Assembly (NCBI GenBank): GCA_001783215.1
Contig: MFRA01000005.1
Coordinates: 146,824 to 210,823, forward strand
Reading direction: 5' to 3'
Source: Candidatus Magasanikbacteria bacterium RIFOXYD1_FULL_40_23
GTDB taxonomy: Bacteria; Patescibacteriota; Patescibacteriia; Magasanikbacterales; GWA2-37-8
Length of the DNA stretch: 64,000 bases
The notes beneath the pieces are model-generated. The model was given only the letters and a program-made list of their open reading frames with translations. It was not told the DNA's origin and ran no database searches. This document shows, in pieces, positions 35,601 through 45,007 of this stretch. Each line of letters opens with the position of its first letter. Position 1 is the first letter of the stretch. The translations under genes and the position numbers were made by a program.

Positions 35601-38600
35601 ATTACTATAAAGTAAAATCCACTGACTCTTCCGGTAATGTTTCTGTATTTTCTTCTATCGTAAATGCTCGCGCTAACGGGGATCAAGATGCGGGTGAAGG
35701 TGGTGGTGGTACGGGAATAGAAAGCGCGCCCGTTATTACATCTGTGGCAACATCATCTGTTTCGCCAACTTCAATTACCATCACTTGGAATACGGATGTT
35801 TTATCAAATTCCGTAGTTGGTTTTTCAACTATTCTTGGTAATTTTACCGACAATGTATTATCCGTAGGTGGTATGTTTGATAACCCTAGTTCTGTAGGCG
35901 CGCATACTGTAGTTTTAGGTGGTCTCACTCCAAATACTACTTATTATTTTAATGTAAAATCCACTGCTGCTGGTGGCGCGTCTGCCTCTTCTTCGGATGG
36001 TGGTAATGGTTTTATTGTTAGAACCTTAAATGGTCCTGTTATTTCCGGTGTTTCGGCTCCAGAAGTTTATAATACTTTTGCCAGAGTAGTTTGGACCACT
36101 TCGGAAAACGCAAATAGTTATGTAATTTATTCTACTTCCACCGATTTATCTAACCCTATAGTTACTAGTACTATTGTAACGTTTGGGACTTCGCACGACC
36201 TAACCCTAACCGGTTTAACGGCTGGTACAAATTATTATTATTATGTTCAGTCGGCGAATGTTGGGATGATTACGACAACCGATAAAAACATAGTAAATGG
36301 TATTCCAGAATACTTTAGTTTGGCGACTACTTTAGATGTTACCGCTCCTACAATTTCTTCTATTGCCACCACTAGCGTCGGTAATAATTCTGCCAACGTT
36401 ACTTGGGTTACAAACGAAAATGCAGATTCGCAGATAGCTTATGGTACTACGACTAATTATGGCACCACCACTACTTTAGATTCTACTTTTACGGCCCAAC
36501 ACTTGGTTACGCTTTCTGGTTTAGCTTCTTCCACTGTCTATCATTTTAAAATTTTATCACGAGATAGAAATGATAATTTAGCAGAATCCTCCGATCAAAT
36601 TTTCGAAACAGCTGCAGCTGCCGATACAATCGCTCCGACAATATCTTCGGTTGCCACTTCAAGTGTTACTCTTACTAGCTTTACAGTTACTTGGTCTACC
36701 AACGAAGTCGGTTCTTCTATCGTGGAGTATGGCACAAACACGTCTTCTTACAATAGTTTAGCTGGTTCAAATACAGATTCAGTTACGTCTCATTCGGTGA
36801 CTGTAAGCAGTCTAAGTGGTAATGCTACTTATTATTTTCGAGTTAGATCAGCAGATTCGGCTGGTAATTCTGCCACAGATAGCAACGGCGGTGCTGGCTG
36901 GGAAGTTAGAACAGTTGCCGACACTACCGCTCCAACCATTTCCAATATTAGTACGCTGGTAAACAATACAACTACCCAAATCACTTGGACCACCAACGAA
37001 GCGGCTAATTCCGAAATTAATTATGGTTCAACTTCAAGCTCTCTTAACACAACTGCTTCCAGCTCAACTTTGCAGACTAACCACGCCATTACCATTACCG
37101 GTTTAACAGCCGACACTACTTATTATTTCCGAGTTAGATCTACAGACGCTTCAAGCAATGTTGCGACCGACGATAATGGCGGCGCTGCTTATAGCTTTAC
37201 CACATTGCTTACTCCGGGTGGTACAACTATTATTATTACCGGTGGTTCTAGCGCTCAGCGTGGAGATAGAGAGCCCCCTATAATTAGCAATATTGAAATA
37301 GTAAATGTTACAGCCAATTCGGCTAGCGTGACTTGGAGAACCAGCGAAGACGGAAATTCTTTGGTTAGATTTGGTGTCAGCGAAACTTATGGTACTTTAG
37401 TGGGTAATGATTTGGAATTATTAACTTCAAATCACACTGTTAAGATGTCTAATTTAAGAGCTGCTCAAACCTATCATTTGAGAGCTATTACCTATGATGA
37501 AGCAGGTAATAGAACCGAATCAAATGATCAAGCGTTTACCACTTTAAATATTGATGGAACAGAAGCTCCGCCTAGTACTAGTACAGCAGAGGAGATTATA
37601 GAGGAAGAAAAAGAAATACAATCTCCACAAACAGAACAATTTATATCGGATGCTTTAAAAAAAGCTTCTAGTGAGTCCTTAGAAAAATTCTTGAGGGATA
37701 TAGCTGCCAATCCATTGCTCAAAGATATTCCTGAAGATAAATTTATCCAGGCACTGCTTGAAATGACAAGTCGTGTAATTGAACCTCCAACTATTGTGGG
37801 TATTAAACCAACAGTAGATGTTCAAGGAACTACTGCAATTATCAAATGGTCTACAGACAAGAAATCTTCTTCAGAAATAAATTATGCTAAAGAAAGTGAA
37901 TACAAACCTAACGACTCTACCCCATACACCAACGCAGCTGTTAGCCCGGATGAATTTAGTGTAAATCACAGCGTAAAATTAACTGGTCTTGATCCGGGTG
38001 TTCTTTATCACTTCAAAGTTATATCCAAAGGCCTTATTGGTGCACCAGCTATGAGTGGTGATTATACATTCCAAACCACCGGTGATTTACCAGTTATTTC
38101 CGACATAAGAGTTACCAGACCAAAAGATTTACAATCATCTATCGTTGTAAATTGGAAGACAAATGTTTCTACTGCTGGTAGCGTAGAATATAGAAACGCT
38201 AAATCTGGTCAATCTCTAACTCAAGGTGATTCAGCGCTGCTCATAAATCACGAAGTCACGTTGAAGGGTCTTGAGGGCGGTGTAAATTATACTTTGGTAC
38301 TTAAAGGTAAAGATGAGTTTAGTAATGAAGTATCCAGTCTTCCTATAACTTTCTCTACTACTTTAGATAAGGCCGAACCAACCATATCCAAACTTTCATC
38401 AGAATCCACATTGTATCCAGGCAAGGATTCCAAAGTTCAAACTATTATTTCTTGGGAAACAGACGAACCAGCAACCTCTCAGGTTTTCTACCAAGAAGGT
38501 GCGGCTACAGACAAAGTTACAGCCCTTCCATTAGACAGTTCCTTAAACACTCGTCATATTGTGGTAGTAACCAAGTTTAAACCAGGCACAGTTTATAAGT

Positions 38601-38749
38601 ATTGGGTAGAATCCAAAGATTTGGCCGGTAATGCTGGCAAATCGGAAGTGTTCTCCATCCTGACGCCTCAAGAAAAAGAAACCATTGTTGATATAATTAT
38701 TAACAATTTCCAATCAGTATTTGGTTGGACCAAGAATATAGGCATCTAG
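32603..38749 (+). CDS. giant membrane-anchored cell-surface protein (~2050 aa). It has an N-terminal TM anchor, six YRYSISGNSW beta-propeller-like repeats and many fibronectin-III / purple-acid-phosphatase-N-like repeats.
   Basis: TM segment ATVAGLLLVVILVNVF. Repeats include YRYSISGNSWTDL, TRYSISGNSWSSM, YRYSISGDSWSTL, YRYSISGNSWSTM and WGYSIAGDSWTSY. At least 12 repeats of the type 'TAPTISS.ATTSV...AN.TW.TNE.A.S...YGTT..Y' are present. The protein is Thr/Ser-rich. Confidence 0.7.
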   Translation: MKREKFFSLYPALIKKRLKNLFLLLNFKHRSLHLFKKRQFHATVAGLLLVVILVNVFQPWSDEIAQGATYTFVQSSWSGGVSASVPLHPTNQTSWTNFSTSTNTFTTGTTTVTIASTTYSSTDDGTFTSTGSATGGGFSNGVTSTVAVSGSGASAVIKLSGGVTTINRVTATSSNTGTSANFHGASQMIGASGSDYLYFVEAANEGRALRRYSISGNSWTDLAAYTYAYFGAQLLWNGTDDYMYLAEGQSNAFTRYSISGNSWSSMANIPAALPTSITQTAALRYGTEDYIYLWRGAGQTAFYRYSISGDSWSTLDALPAAAGVGIQAIRDADSNFIYVASGVSTNFYRYNISANTTSAMTAIPASLTGIQSYALHDEGSDYIYLLANDGFYRYSISGNSWSTMASAASVNPDFGSTLIHSAGEDVIYVAGDWDCCSIVKLWGYSIAGDSWTSYHTITAHSGGYGSPNKTAYRRAGDDYFYFFTANQDNELFKFTISQTVYNSSGNFTSAAMDLGVAKMNSFSWSSTTPSGVGSNSIQFQLAANNDNSTWSFVGPDGTSGTYFTTNGTTVFPSSLQQNLRYWKYKAYLSTADTSVTPVLNSVTFGYSSYAATSSLISSIYDTADPTNVVASIAWTEYEPTSTTVKFQLRTGASSSSVASATWMGPDGTNSSYFTTFGGETTTSTMRDGSSDQYFQYKVFLETTNSSYTPTLSSVTVTYVVNAAPEIQNVLASQSATGTVSISYQARDSDTDTGTVNPGYVSSTFEYLDANGAYQTIPAGQLSAGANSGIAVDDVNWTTNTVTWTPASGLSVAASRIRVTINDNEAANNTTSTISDTFQIDSVSPASGAIVVDGSQVPAVVTLTATDSSSLYMKVSENSTLSDVSSWSALTATTSITLTANPATVYVQFKDAFNNTSSIFSATTPNTPSSTIVQDISNVLNGATDYRLFVAWRVITTPVPGFANYRIYRSLDQSDWTPIATNTSINDNYTADSSISSNTLYYYKVKSTDSSGNVSVFSSIVNARANGDQDAGEGGGGTGIESAPVITSVATSSVSPTSITITWNTDVLSNSVVGFSTILGNFTDNVLSVGGMFDNPSSVGAHTVVLGGLTPNTTYYFNVKSTAAGGASASSSDGGNGFIVRTLNGPVISGVSAPEVYNTFARVVWTTSENANSYVIYSTSTDLSNPIVTSTIVTFGTSHDLTLTGLTAGTNYYYYVQSANVGMITTTDKNIVNGIPEYFSLATTLDVTAPTISSIATTSVGNNSANVTWVTNENADSQIAYGTTTNYGTTTTLDSTFTAQHLVTLSGLASSTVYHFKILSRDRNDNLAESSDQIFETAAAADTIAPTISSVATSSVTLTSFTVTWSTNEVGSSIVEYGTNTSSYNSLAGSNTDSVTSHSVTVSSLSGNATYYFRVRSADSAGNSATDSNGGAGWEVRTVADTTAPTISNISTLVNNTTTQITWTTNEAANSEINYGSTSSSLNTTASSSTLQTNHAITITGLTADTTYYFRVRSTDASSNVATDDNGGAAYSFTTLLTPGGTTIIITGGSSAQRGDREPPIISNIEIVNVTANSASVTWRTSEDGNSLVRFGVSETYGTLVGNDLELLTSNHTVKMSNLRAAQTYHLRAITYDEAGNRTESNDQAFTTLNIDGTEAPPSTSTAEEIIEEEKEIQSPQTEQFISDALKKASSESLEKFLRDIAANPLLKDIPEDKFIQALLEMTSRVIEPPTIVGIKPTVDVQGTTAIIKWSTDKKSSSEINYAKESEYKPNDSTPYTNAAVSPDEFSVNHSVKLTGLDPGVLYHFKVISKGLIGAPAMSGDYTFQTTGDLPVISDIRVTRPKDLQSSIVVNWKTNVSTAGSVEYRNAKSGQSLTQGDSALLINHEVTLKGLEGGVNYTLVLKGKDEFSNEVSSLPITFSTTLDKAEPTISKLSSESTLYPGKDSKVQTIISWETDEPATSQVFYQEGAATDKVTALPLDSSLNTRHIVVVTKFKPGTVYKYWVESKDLAGNAGKSEVFSILTPQEKETIVDIIINNFQSVFGWTKNIGI

Positions 38750-38790
38750 GATATATATATGGCTTACCTATATATAAGCACTGTCCCAGT

Positions 38791-38860
38791 GCTTGAAATT
38801 CCGTCGCTCGCCCCAGATGAACACAAGCTTTCGCCTGGGGGCTCGCTAGGAATTATAAAA
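38791..38860 (+). promoter_or_regulatory. R1 leader element (variant) upstream of the ABC ATPase
   Basis: gcttgaaattccgtcgctcgccccagatgaacacaagctttcgcctgggggctcgctaggaattataaaa. Confidence 0.5.
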
Positions 38861-38868
38861 TCTTTACC

Positions 38869-40218
38869 ATGGAGCCAATTATTAAGACAGAAAATATCAA
38901 AGTTATATATAATAAGGGGCAAGATAATGAATATATCGCTCTTAATGATATTAGTATAGAGGTGTTTCCGGAAGAGTATTCGATTTTTTTCGGTCCTTCC
39001 GGATGCGGAAAATCAACTCTCCTCTATACGATTCTAGGACTTCAAAAAATAAGTGAAGGGAAATTATATATAAAAGGCCGAGAAAGTTCTTCTTTTTCGG
39101 AAGCAGACAAGAGCAACCTTGATTCCCAGTTCTTTGGTATCGTGTTCCAGAACTTCAATCTCATTTACTCTCTCAACGTTATAGACAACATCGCCCTACC
39201 ACAGGTGTTTTTGGAATCAAAAAAAGAAGTACGTTTGGCAAAATCCAAAACATTATTAGCACGTTTTGGTATAGAAACCAGAGCTCACAATTTGCCGGCA
39301 TCTCTCTCTGGTGGGCAGCAGCAAAGAGTAGCTATTTGTCGTGCGCTTGTAAACGATCCGCTTGTGTTGCTCGCCGATGAGCCGGTAGGTAACTTGGATA
39401 GTGAATCAGCCAGAGTGGTAATGGAATCAATTTATGATATCAACAAGAAAGATAAAAAAACTGTAATTTTGGTTACGCACGATCATACGTTTCTTCCCTA
39501 TGCCGATCGTATTTACTACTTCAAGGATGCTAAGTTAGAAAAAGTTGTGCAAAATACTCATCCTAAAAAGATGATTGCCGGCGCAAAAAATTTACAACAA
39601 GAAGAAGCCAGTGAAACCACCGGGTCCGGCACAGGTGACTTTACGCCTTTTGGAGAATTGGAAAAAATGGCGCGCGCGCATCATTTTATGACAGTGCCGC
39701 AGCTTAAAGCTTGGAGCATTACCAACTATCTAACAGATGAGTTTACTGTTAATCAGATAGAAAGACTGGAAAAGTTCATGGAAGAAATGTTGGCGGGCAA
39801 ACTTAGCGAACACGCATTTTTTGAGAAGTTAAATGCGCCGTTTAGTGAAGGTGGTGTGGGTTTGTATCAGGGCACAGCTATTAGGTTCACCCAAAAAATT
39901 TCTTCTATCCTGCGAGAAGTTGGTGCTTTTTTGCAAAATTTAAAAAATATTAAAGACCCACAAGAAAGTCTAAAAATGGTAGATATCTTAAGAAAATTTT
40001 TGTTGGAAGAATACCATGGTAGTTTAAGCCAAGAACAAATTCAGCGTTTGGAAAAGGGGATAGGTGAACGTTTGGCCGGAAGCATGAATGATCTTCAGTT
40101 TAGTGAACTATTAGACAAATCTGTTTCGGAAGGAGGCATAGGTTTAAATACATTAACAGCCGAGCATTTGTCCGAAAGGCTAGAAATAATTCTCGCTCAA
40201 GCCTATGAAAGCAACTGA
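38869..40218 (+). CDS. ABC transporter ATP-binding protein (MacB/FtsE-like) with a C-terminal tandem ~62-aa repeat domain
   Basis: Walker [10 protein letters not shown], signature [15 protein letters not shown] and Walker B LLADEP. The C-terminal repeats are ...[38 protein letters not shown]... and ...[39 protein letters not shown]... Confidence 0.8.
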   Translation: MEPIIKTENIKVIYNKGQDNEYIALNDISIEVFPEEYSIFFGPSGCGKSTLLYTILGLQKISEGKLYIKGRESSSFSEADKSNLDSQFFGIVFQNFNLIYSLNVIDNIALPQVFLESKKEVRLAKSKTLLARFGIETRAHNLPASLSGGQQQRVAICRALVNDPLVLLADEPVGNLDSESARVVMESIYDINKKDKKTVILVTHDHTFLPYADRIYYFKDAKLEKVVQNTHPKKMIAGAKNLQQEEASETTGSGTGDFTPFGELEKMARAHHFMTVPQLKAWSITNYLTDEFTVNQIERLEKFMEEMLAGKLSEHAFFEKLNAPFSEGGVGLYQGTAIRFTQKISSILREVGAFLQNLKNIKDPQESLKMVDILRKFLLEEYHGSLSQEQIQRLEKGIGERLAGSMNDLQFSELLDKSVSEGGIGLNTLTAEHLSERLEIILAQAYESN

Positions 40219-41401
40219 TCTATTTTCATTATCAACCAGAATGTTTCGCACCAATCCATCCCGTACGTGGCTTACTATTTTGGGTATTAGCGTGGGGGTA
40301 GGGGCAGTGCTATTTTTGGTTTCTCTTGGGTATGGTTTACAAAATGTTATTTTGCAAAAAATAGTTTTTAATCAAGCACTTCTTAGTCTGCTTATTACTC
40401 CAAGTACAGACCTGATTGTGTTAGACGACAAGACCATAGCGGAAATTTCTCAGATTCAAAATGTTACCGACGTGACTGCTATGGCTAGATTTACGGGTCA
40501 GCTATCTATGGGTGGGGTAAATGGTACTGTAGATATTAGAACCGCTAACCCTTCATATTTTGCATATTCTGGTACAGAGGCCAAATACGGCAAGTTGTAC
40601 GAAGATGCAGATCAAAACCAGATATTGGTATCTGAAGCAGTGTTAAAGCTGTTTGGGCTTGAAGACCCAAATGAAATTCTGGGTAAACAGATTAACGTGA
40701 AAATTTTTACGCATAACGGCGCTGCCGACTCCGAGCTAGAAATTACAGAGATCCCAGTAGCCTATACAGTAAAGGGTATAATAGATGACAGCCAAGAGAG
40801 CTACGCTTTTCTTTCTCTCAAAGAAGCTCTAAATTATGTAAAAATCAATCAGTATGAGCAGGCGCGGGTAAAAGTAAATGATAGTAAAGATTTGGATTTA
40901 GTAAAAGAAGAAGTTATAGCCAGGGGATTTCAGACCCAATCACTATCGGAAACAATCGAACAGGCCAATAAGATCTTTAATGTTATCCAGATAGTTTTGG
41001 GTGCATTCGGTGCAGTCGCGCTTGCAGTTTCGGCCATCGGCATGTTTAACACCATGACGGTTACCCTGCTGGAACGTACAAATGAAATTGGTATTATGCG
41101 TGCTTTGGGCGCAGACAAGAGTAATTTACGCAATTTATTTTTAACGGAATCTGTAATAATCGGATTTTTCGGTGGGTTGGTAGGTACGGCTATTGGTATT
41201 GTGGGTGGTCAAATTTTTAATCTGGTTATAAATCAGTTGGCTGCCAAGTTTGGTGGTGCAAAGACAAGCTTGTTTGTATATCCAGCTTCATTTTTATTTA
41301 CAATTATTGGGCTTTCTGTATTTATTGGTTTTTTATCTGGCATATTTCCGGCCCGTCGCGCTGCGGCCATGGATCCGCTTGAAGCGTTGAGATACAAATA
41401 G
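40205..41401 (+). CDS. ABC transporter permease, FtsX/MacB family
   Basis: An N-terminal TM helix, a large extracytoplasmic domain and three C-terminal TM helices (FtsX-like). It overlaps the upstream ATPase gene. Confidence 0.75.
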   Translation: MKATDLFSLSTRMFRTNPSRTWLTILGISVGVGAVLFLVSLGYGLQNVILQKIVFNQALLSLLITPSTDLIVLDDKTIAEISQIQNVTDVTAMARFTGQLSMGGVNGTVDIRTANPSYFAYSGTEAKYGKLYEDADQNQILVSEAVLKLFGLEDPNEILGKQINVKIFTHNGAADSELEITEIPVAYTVKGIIDDSQESYAFLSLKEALNYVKINQYEQARVKVNDSKDLDLVKEEVIARGFQTQSLSETIEQANKIFNVIQIVLGAFGAVALAVSAIGMFNTMTVTLLERTNEIGIMRALGADKSNLRNLFLTESVIIGFFGGLVGTAIGIVGGQIFNLVINQLAAKFGGAKTSLFVYPASFLFTIIGLSVFIGFLSGIFPARRAAAMDPLEALRYK

Positions 41402-41404
41402 CCC

Positions 41405-41512
41405 TTGACAAATAATATAGTTGTGATATAATGTATTCAGCTTAGGAAGTGGTGAGCAATCATTCGCTTTCAGCAATACAGGGCTCTCAATGCGAGAGCC
41501 TTTTTGCTTTTT
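41405..41512 (+). ncRNA. promoter-to-terminator unit; candidate ~75-nt sRNA
   Basis: TTGACA, a 16-nt spacer and TATAAT at 41405-41432. Terminator gggctctcaatgcgagagcctttttgcttttt at 41481-41512. No ORF. The transcript contains CATTCGCT, as the R2 family does. Confidence 0.4.
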
Positions 41513-41518
41513 ACAGGG

Positions 41519-41546
41519 TTGACTTAAATTTTTTTAATGGTAAAAT
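41519..41546 (+). promoter_or_regulatory. sigma70-like promoter for the 41578 ORF
   Basis: TTGACT, a 16-nt spacer, then TAAAAT. Confidence 0.45.
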
Positions 41547-41577
41547 ACGTTCAACCTTTTTCATTTTATGATTTTAT

Positions 41578-42033
41578 ATGCAAAATTCTCAGATAAACAG
41601 AGTGGTTAGATTGGTAAGGAGAACTGGAGACAAAGCAATTATAATGGATAACGAATCGGACGCTATCATGATGCTCATGGATTTGGGAGCATACGAAAAA
41701 ATATTAGACCGTTCCCAAGGAGTAGAAAATTTAACAGAAGAAGAGTTGATGGAAAAGATAAATCGAGATGTGGCTGTATGGCGTGCCTATAACGACAAAG
41801 AACGCATAGAGACCTTTGATAAGGTATTAGAAAAACCGGTAGCTAATCAACCCGTTGAGTCAGCTAGAGCTACGGAGCAAAGTAGAGTAGAGCCAGAAAT
41901 GGCTAAAACTACAGTAAAAGAAGCAGTTCAGCCGACCCCAGAATATAGTAGATATGCCGGCACCGAAGAATCCGCAAGCGATATAATTGCCGAAGAAGGA
42001 GAAGAAAAGTTCTATTTAGAGCCGGTTGAGTAG
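41578..42033 (+). CDS. hypothetical acidic protein
   Basis: 151 aa with an E/D-rich C-terminus. No motif recognised. Confidence 0.45.
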   Translation: MQNSQINRVVRLVRRTGDKAIIMDNESDAIMMLMDLGAYEKILDRSQGVENLTEEELMEKINRDVAVWRAYNDKERIETFDKVLEKPVANQPVESARATEQSRVEPEMAKTTVKEAVQPTPEYSRYAGTEESASDIIAEEGEEKFYLEPVE

Positions 42034-42107
42034 GGTACGAATTAGTATAAAAAAGTGAAAAAAGAGGGGTGTTTTTTGTTCTAAATAGCTGTCCACAATT
42101 TACCCCC

Positions 42108-42136
42108 TTGCATTTTTTTTAATTGTCTGCTACAAT
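42108..42136 (+). promoter_or_regulatory. sigma70-like promoter of the tuf leader
   Basis: TTGCAT, a 17-nt spacer, then TACAAT. Confidence 0.5.
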
Positions 42137-42201
42137 GCTCACGCTATCTAGATTTAGTGTTTAGTTAGCGAAAATTTGTCAAAATTAGTAATTTTTAAAA
42201 T

Positions 42202-42248
42202 AAGCCCGACCATGTGTTGGTAACACATGGCATCTGGGCGGGCTTTTT
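42202..42248 (+). terminator. R4 element copy 1: a terminator- or attenuator-like compound hairpin in the tuf leader
   Basis: aagcccgaccatgtgttggtaacacatggcatctgggcgggcttttt. Three more hairpins follow before the tuf ATG. Confidence 0.45.
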
Positions 42249-42376
42249 AGACAAGGTATCGGCTCCGCCGATAACATAATAAATTATCCCGCTTTGCGGG
42301 TTTCTAATAAACATAAACGGCTGGAGAAAAATCTATCACCGACCACTCGGTGTAGTGCCGTCTAAGTATTAAGCTT

Positions 42377-43564
42377 ATGGCTGAGTTTGTACGAAACAAG
42401 CCACACGTAAACATTGGTACTATTGGTCACGTTGACCATGGTAAAACGACTTTAACAGCCGCTATTTTGTCGGTTTTAAGAAGTCGTGGTGGAGCTGCCT
42501 CCAATAAAGGCGTAGATGATTTGGATAAATCCCCAGAGTCCAAAGCTCGTGGTATTACCATCTCTACTGCTCACGTAGAATACGAAACAGACAACAGACA
42601 CTACGCTCACGTAGACTGTCCTGGCCACGCTGACTATGTTAAAAACATGATCACTGGTGCCGCTCAAATGGATGGTGCTATTTTAGTTGTTTCTGCTGCC
42701 GATGGTCCGATGCCTCAAACTAGAGAACACATCTTGCTTGCTCGTCAGGTAGGTGTGCCTTATATCGTAGTTTTCTTAAACAAAGTAGACCAAGTTACTG
42801 ATCCAGAATTGATCGACTTGGTAGAAGCTGAAGTTCGTGATTTATTGAAGAAATATGGTTTCCCTGGTGACACTACTACAATAATCCGAGGTTCTGCTTT
42901 GCAAGCTTTGCAAAACCCTACCGATGAAGCTGCAGCAAAACCAATTATGGATTTGATGGCTGCCTGTGACGCAATTCCTCAACCTGCACGTGATGTTGAT
43001 AAGCCTTTCTTAATGCCTATCGAAGATGTATTCTCTATTGAAGGACGCGGTACAGTAGTTACCGGTCGTTTGGAGAGAGGTGTTATTCACTTGAATGACG
43101 AAGCTTCTATCGTAGGTATGAGTGATGCTACTGGCAAGACAATTATTACTGGTATTGAAATGTTTAATAAGCAGTTAAAAGAAGGTCAAGCTGGTGACAA
43201 CGTAGGTTTGTTGCTTCGCGGTACCAAAAAAGAAGAAGTAGAACGCGGTATGGTTATTGCCAAACCGGGCAGTATTACTCCTCACACCGAATTTGAAGCT
43301 CAGGTATATATCTTGACCAAAGAAGAAGGTGGCAGACACAAGCCATTCTTCAAAGGCTATAAGCCACAATTCTATATCCGCACTACTGATGTAACTGGAG
43401 AAGTAGAATTACCAGCAGCCACTGAAATGGTTATGCCTGGAGACACTATTGGATTTAATGTTAAATTGATTTCTCCTGTAGCCATGGAAGAAAAGATGAA
43501 TTTTGCTATCCGCGAGGGTGGTAAAACCGTAGGTTCTGGTGTAGTAACTAAAATTATAAAATAA
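42377..43564 (+). CDS. tuf: elongation factor Tu
   Basis: [13 protein letters not shown] and DCPGHADY motifs. 395 aa. Confidence 0.95.
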   Translation: MAEFVRNKPHVNIGTIGHVDHGKTTLTAAILSVLRSRGGAASNKGVDDLDKSPESKARGITISTAHVEYETDNRHYAHVDCPGHADYVKNMITGAAQMDGAILVVSAADGPMPQTREHILLARQVGVPYIVVFLNKVDQVTDPELIDLVEAEVRDLLKKYGFPGDTTTIIRGSALQALQNPTDEAAAKPIMDLMAACDAIPQPARDVDKPFLMPIEDVFSIEGRGTVVTGRLERGVIHLNDEASIVGMSDATGKTIITGIEMFNKQLKEGQAGDNVGLLLRGTKKEEVERGMVIAKPGSITPHTEFEAQVYILTKEEGGRHKPFFKGYKPQFYIRTTDVTGEVELPAATEMVMPGDTIGFNVKLISPVAMEEKMNFAIREGGKTVGSGVVTKIIK

Positions 43565-43574
43565 CCTTGATTAA

Positions 43575-43605
43575 ACCCCCCTCCGATGTCATGTCGGAGG
43601 GGGGT
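43575..43605 (+). terminator. GC-rich hairpin after tuf (weak T-tract)
   Basis: cccccctccgatgtcatgtcggagggggg. Confidence 0.35.
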
Positions 43606-43619
43606 TATCCTTGCTCCTT

Positions 43620-43976
43620 ATGAAAGATACTAAAGACCACAAAAAAACAGCAGCCACAACCGTAGAAGAAACCATTAGCCGAATTAGAATTAAGATTCGT
43701 GCTTATGATAACAAGATTATAGATCAGGCTACAAAGAATATTATAGAGACAGCCGAACGAAGTGGGGCTACAATTGTTGGTCCAATACCACTACCTACAG
43801 AAAAGACTAAGTTTACAGTAAATCGCTCTACTTTTGTGCACAAAGACGCTCGTGAACAATACGAAATGCGCGTTCACAAACGTTTGATTGATATCGTAAA
43901 CCCAACTGCCAAAACTGTAGATGCTTTGATGAGTTTGCAAGTTCCAGCCGGTGTAGATATTGAAATAAAGATGTAA
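43620..43976 (+). CDS. rpsJ: 30S ribosomal protein S10, with a ~15-aa N-terminal extension
   Basis: [17 protein letters not shown]...[25 protein letters not shown]. Confidence 0.9.
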   Translation: MKDTKDHKKTAATTVEETISRIRIKIRAYDNKIIDQATKNIIETAERSGATIVGPIPLPTEKTKFTVNRSTFVHKDAREQYEMRVHKRLIDIVNPTAKTVDALMSLQVPAGVDIEIKM

Positions 43977-43988
43977 GGCAAAAAACCC

Positions 43989-44017
43989 TTGACATATATT
44001 AAAAATTGTAGTAGAAT
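43989..44017 (+). promoter_or_regulatory. consensus sigma70 promoter between rpsJ and rplC
   Basis: TTGACA, spacer tatattaaaaattgtag (17 nt), then TAGAAT. Confidence 0.5.
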
Positions 44018-44149
44018 CGTAGTAATAAAAAAGTTGATTCAGACTAAGTAAATAAGATGCATTGCAAAACATTTACAAAGTCGGAATAAACTAGGAGAAT
44101 AAATTATTTTAAAATTTTAAATTAAGCCAATCTAAGTTACTCAACCAGT

Positions 44150-44262
44150 GTCCAACTAGGGCTTTGGTGGGGCGAAGAAGGCTAGAAACGAGAACATGTT
44201 TTTATGGCCACCTAAAAGTGGTCGCTAAAAGCGGGTTGTTGTTTCTAGTTTTTATTTAGGAG
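44150..44262 (+). promoter_or_regulatory. structured 5' leader of rplC (candidate ribosomal-protein autoregulatory or attenuator element)
   Basis: A long-range stem, ggctagaaac...gtttctag, encloses the hairpins ggccacctaaaagtggtc and cgctaaaagcg. The SD GGAG lies just downstream. Confidence 0.35.
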
Positions 44263-44276
44263 AAAAGCGGGATATT

Positions 44277-44999
44277 ATGAAATTCATTTTAGGTAAAAAA
44301 ATAGGAATGACTCAGGTGTTCTTGCCAAATGGAACGGTAGTGCCTGTTACAAAAGTGCAAGCTGGCCCATGCCAAATTGCCGAAGTCAGAGCCGACAATA
44401 AGAATGGGGTAAAAGCCGTTCAGATTGGTTTTGGTGAAACAAAAGAAACAAGATTGGCTCAACCACAAGTAGGCCACTTAAAAGATCTAGACAAAGTACG
44501 CAACCTAAGAGATTTTAAAGTTGATAGTAATGCCGAAGTAAAAAGAGGCGATACTATAACTGTAGAAACATTTATTGTTGGAGATAAAGTACTTGTAGTA
44601 GGAGAATCCAAAGGTAAAGGTTTTGCCGGTGTAGTAAAACGCCATCACTTCCGCGGTGGACCTGCTTCTCATGGTCATAAAGACAACTTGCGCATGCCTG
44701 GTTCCATTGGTGCCGGTGGTGTACAAAGAGTTTTCAAGGGTATGAGAATGGGTGGTCGCATGGGTGGAGACAGAGTAACAATCAAAAATCTAGAAATTGT
44801 TGAAGTTCACCCAGAAACTAATGAATTATATATCAAAGGTGCCGTACCGGGCGGACGCAACGCTTTGTTGCTTATTAGCGCTGACGGTGAATTGAAGCTA
44901 AAGGCTGTTCAAGCTGCTCCTGTTGTAGAAGAGGTAATTCCAGAAGTAGTAGCTGAACCAGTAGTAGAACAAGTAGCTAGCAAAAATCAATCCGCATAA
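44277..44999 (+). CDS. rplC: 50S ribosomal protein L3
   Basis: MKFILGKKIGMTQVF...; 240 aa. The C-terminal ~35 aa are extended. Confidence 0.92.
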   Translation: MKFILGKKIGMTQVFLPNGTVVPVTKVQAGPCQIAEVRADNKNGVKAVQIGFGETKETRLAQPQVGHLKDLDKVRNLRDFKVDSNAEVKRGDTITVETFIVGDKVLVVGESKGKGFAGVVKRHHFRGGPASHGHKDNLRMPGSIGAGGVQRVFKGMRMGGRMGGDRVTIKNLEIVEVHPETNELYIKGAVPGGRNALLLISADGELKLKAVQAAPVVEEVIPEVVAEPVVEQVASKNQSA

Positions 45000-45007
45000 A
45001 AAATATT

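Noticed and set aside
32603-38749. CRISPR array or tandem DNA repeat within the giant ORF
   Set aside because: The periodicity is at the protein-domain level (Fn3-like repeats of ~100 aa with divergent DNA). There is no short, exact repeat-spacer structure. No CRISPR arrays were seen anywhere in the window.
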